Shown piece by piece: positions 31,002-33,357 of a stretch of DNA of 33,357 bases. How positions within the stretch are numbered: position 1 is the stretch's first letter; every line of letters begins with the position of its first letter. Origin of the DNA: Armatimonadota bacterium (GTDB lineage Bacteria; Armatimonadota; Hebobacteria; CAIYQO01); assembly GCA_038248345.1 (NCBI GenBank), contig JBBRXO010000018.1, positions 1 through 33,357 on the forward strand, given 5' to 3'. The notes under the pieces were generated by a model. It worked only from the letters and a program-made list of their open reading frames with translations. It had not been told where the DNA came from and ran no database searches. The translations under genes and the position numbers were made by a program.

Positions 31002-31987
31002 TTCCGCCAGTAATTACCTTTCTTAATAACAAGGGCGGGGTGGGCAAAACCAGCCTGGTATATCACCTGGCCTGGATGTTTGCCGACCTGGGAAAGAAGG
31101 TACTGGCCGTTGACCTAGATCCGCAGGCGAACTTGACGGCAGCATTCCTTAGTGAGGATCAGTTGGAGCTGTTTGGCACTGATGGCGCTACTACAATCTA
31201 TGATTGTTTTCAACCAATGCTGCGTGGCACCGGCCCCATAGCCAGTCCAGTGCTGACGCCATTTGCCGAAAATCTCCACCTGTTGCCTGGCGATATCAAT
31301 CTATCCCGCTTTGAAGATGAGCTGGCCACGCAGTGGTCTAAATGTAATGATGGTGACGAGCGCGCCTTCCGCGTGATAACCGCGTTCTGGAAGGTAATGA
31401 TGATGGGGGCGGAATCCTGCCAGGCGGATATTATACTGGTGGACGTCGGCCCCAATTTGGGAGCGATAAACCGCGCAGCGCTGGTGGCTACCGATCACGT
31501 GGTGGTGCCGCTAGCTCCTGATCTTTTCTCGCTGAAAGGTATCGAAAACCTCGGCCCCGCACTGCGCGACTGGCGTAGACAATGGGAGGAACGAAAGCCG
31601 AAACTTATAGCCACTGATATTCTGCTCCCGGCAGGCCAGATGAACCCGCTGGGCTACATCGTTATGCAACATTCTAACCGCCTCGACCGCCCAGTATCCG
31701 CCTACGAAAAATGGATGGCGCGTATCCCCGGCAAATACCACGAAATGGTGCTGAGTGATGATATCAGACCAGCACGAGTAACCGAAGACCCGGAATGCCT
31801 AGCCATGCTGAAACATTACCGTAGCCTGATGCCCATGGCGCAAGAAGCCCGCCGCCCCATCTTCTACCTAAAGCCCGCCGACGGTGCCATCGGCAGCCAT
31901 ATGGATGCGGTAACAAACGTCTATGATGACTTCCTCCGCTTGAGCCGGGAGATAGGTAAGCGGGCAGGGGTATTCACAACGCGCTAA
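30998..31987 (+). CDS. ParA/MinD-like ATPase (AAA_31-like), no parB partner
   Basis: NNKGGVGKT deviant Walker A, DLDPQANLT, VDVGPNLGAINR. ATGA overlap with the upstream gene. Confidence 0.9.
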   Translation: MIPPVITFLNNKGGVGKTSLVYHLAWMFADLGKKVLAVDLDPQANLTAAFLSEDQLELFGTDGATTIYDCFQPMLRGTGPIASPVLTPFAENLHLLPGDINLSRFEDELATQWSKCNDGDERAFRVITAFWKVMMMGAESCQADIILVDVGPNLGAINRAALVATDHVVVPLAPDLFSLKGIENLGPALRDWRRQWEERKPKLIATDILLPAGQMNPLGYIVMQHSNRLDRPVSAYEKWMARIPGKYHEMVLSDDIRPARVTEDPECLAMLKHYRSLMPMAQEARRPIFYLKPADGAIGSHMDAVTNVYDDFLRLSREIGKRAGVFTTR

Positions 31988-32143
31988 TGTTAGCTTCGCC
32001 CACAACCCAATCTCACCTTCTAAATGATTAATGTTTCCGACGTGGGTGTAGGGGCACAAGGCCTGTGCCCACGTCGTAACCATACCTTCAGTTGGTCATG
32101 TGTCCCATACCCCGTACCGAGGACACATGCCATGTGGCCCTAC
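31983..32143 (+). repeat. 28-bp dispersed motif followed by a family A REPIN
   Basis: Motif at 31983-32010. REPIN at 32048-32143, whose first 38 bp match 8084-8121 with one mismatch. Confidence 0.85.
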
Positions 32144-32236
32144 AAAATTTTCTCACCAGCCAGTATATTTCCTGCAGGTATTTTAATGTTGGCAGGGAAT
32201 TATACCACTAGCGATTAAAATCAGGAGGGGTGAACG

Positions 32237-33256
32237 ATGAAAAAGTATCTGTTTGGTTTGGCGCAGGCGGTGGTTTGCGGGGCGGTGATGGGGGCGGTGC
32301 TGCTCTTCGGCGGGCGTTGGTCGCAACCGGCACCGGCAATGGCGGCGGGTGGCGTACCGGAGGTGATCCAGGCGAAGAAGTTCCAGGTGGTGGATGACAA
32401 TGGGGAGGTGCTTGCTCAACTGGGATTATCGGCAGATGGAACGCCCGGTATCATACTATGGGATACGGCGGGGGAAGTGCGTAGTCTGTATAACCTGGAT
32501 AAGGATGGTAATCCCGCACTTTACTTGAGTGATGCGGCGGGGAAGATGCGTAGTGTGTATAACCTGGATGAGGATGGGGCACCGAAATTGGGTATGTATG
32601 ATGCGGAGGGGAAGGGGCGTAGTATGTATTATTTGGATAAGGATGGGAGGCCGGCATTGGAGATGTGTGATGCGGCAGGGAAGGTGCGTAGCTTGTATGG
32701 TTTGTATAAGGATGGGAGGCCGGGTTTGAATATGTTAGATGCGGCGGGGGAAGTGCGTAGTCTGTATTCTTTGAATAAGGATGGGGCACCGGCATTGTGG
32801 ATGGCTGATGCGGCAGGGAAAGAGCGTGGGAGTCTCCAAGTGGATAAAGATGGTGACCCCGCACTTTTCTTGAGTGATGCGGCGGAGAAAACACGTGTGA
32901 GTCTCCAAGTGGGTAAGGATGGTAATCCCGCACTTTTCTTGAGTGATGCGGCGGGAGAGTTGCGTAGTACGTATTCTTTGAATAAGGATGGGGCACCGAA
33001 ATTGTGGATGGCTGATGCGGCGGGGAAGGGGCGTAGTATGTATTATTTGGACAAGGATGGGGCACCGGCATTGTGTATGTTAGATGCGGCGGGGGAGTTG
33101 CGTAGTTTGTATTATTTGGATGAGAATGGTAACCCCGCACTTTACTTGAATGATGCGGCGGGGAAAACACGTGGGGTGTTAGGGACAGATACTGACGGGA
33201 AATATACGCTTATGTTTGCGGATACGACGGGAAAGATAGTGTGGAGAGCTCGGTAA
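32237..33256 (+). CDS. Exported protein with 12 tandem 23-aa (69-bp) repeats
   Basis: AGGAGG SD; signal or TM segment; EVIQAKKFQVVD; repeats D.AG..R....L.KDG.P.L... at 32393-33220; ends GKIVWRAR. Confidence 0.88.
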   Translation: MKKYLFGLAQAVVCGAVMGAVLLFGGRWSQPAPAMAAGGVPEVIQAKKFQVVDDNGEVLAQLGLSADGTPGIILWDTAGEVRSLYNLDKDGNPALYLSDAAGKMRSVYNLDEDGAPKLGMYDAEGKGRSMYYLDKDGRPALEMCDAAGKVRSLYGLYKDGRPGLNMLDAAGEVRSLYSLNKDGAPALWMADAAGKERGSLQVDKDGDPALFLSDAAEKTRVSLQVGKDGNPALFLSDAAGELRSTYSLNKDGAPKLWMADAAGKGRSMYYLDKDGAPALCMLDAAGELRSLYYLDENGNPALYLNDAAGKTRGVLGTDTDGKYTLMFADTTGKIVWRAR

Positions 33257-33357
33257 CGGCGGGCCCAAAACAAGCCCAAAACGGCGGGTTGGAGGGGCGC
33301 GGGGGGGGGCGGGGTTGGGGGACAGGCGGCGGGGTCGACGCCCCGGGGGGGGCGCGG

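Noticed and set aside
30998..31987. Plasmid or chromosome partition locus
   Set aside because: No parB, parS-like site or rep gene; the ATPase is coupled to an AlbA_2 gene instead.
32451..33170. Pro/His/Tyr-rich repeat ORF on the minus strand
   Set aside because: Antisense shadow of the 69-bp repeat gene, which has the SD and signal peptide.
32393..33220. Possible CRISPR array or DGR variable region
   Set aside because: The repeats are in-frame coding units without unique spacers. There are no cas or reverse transcriptase genes and no evident adenine-specific template/variable pair.
33257..33357. G-rich tail with G-quadruplex potential
   Set aside because: It lies at the extreme window end and looks like low-quality terminal sequence, so it cannot be trusted without reads.

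Overview
A 33.4-kb bacterial chromosomal window in the standard genetic code. The lineage may be Armatimonadota-like; this is only an inference from the DUF1559-type prepilin protein and csaB next to a DUF5693-like gene. The GC-rich core genes are the 5' end of tuf with tRNA-Tyr and tRNA-Thr, recD2, ligA, murG, a GGPP-synthase-like prenyltransferase, a PHP phosphoesterase, rpe, csaB, purM, tsaB and rimI. Small, mostly AT-richer accessory modules sit between them: an orphan TIGR02574-like antitoxin, a SoFic-like Fic gene flanked by a 48-bp direct repeat and palindromes, a prepilin-PstS-like fusion with an in-frame TGA, a frameshifted GNAT toxin with a small partner, two Schlafen/AlbA_2-type genes (one frameshifted and coupled to an orphan ParA-like ATPase), three tandem secreted paralogs and a 23-aa repeat protein. 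The most unusual signal is intergenic. There are several REP/REPIN-like families, one nested symmetrically inside another. A dispersed 28-bp motif precedes different palindromic cargos at four loci, and heptamer arrays lie directly before three start codons. No transposase, integrase, CRISPR array or rRNA is visible. All family assignments come from motif recognition by eye, not database searches.
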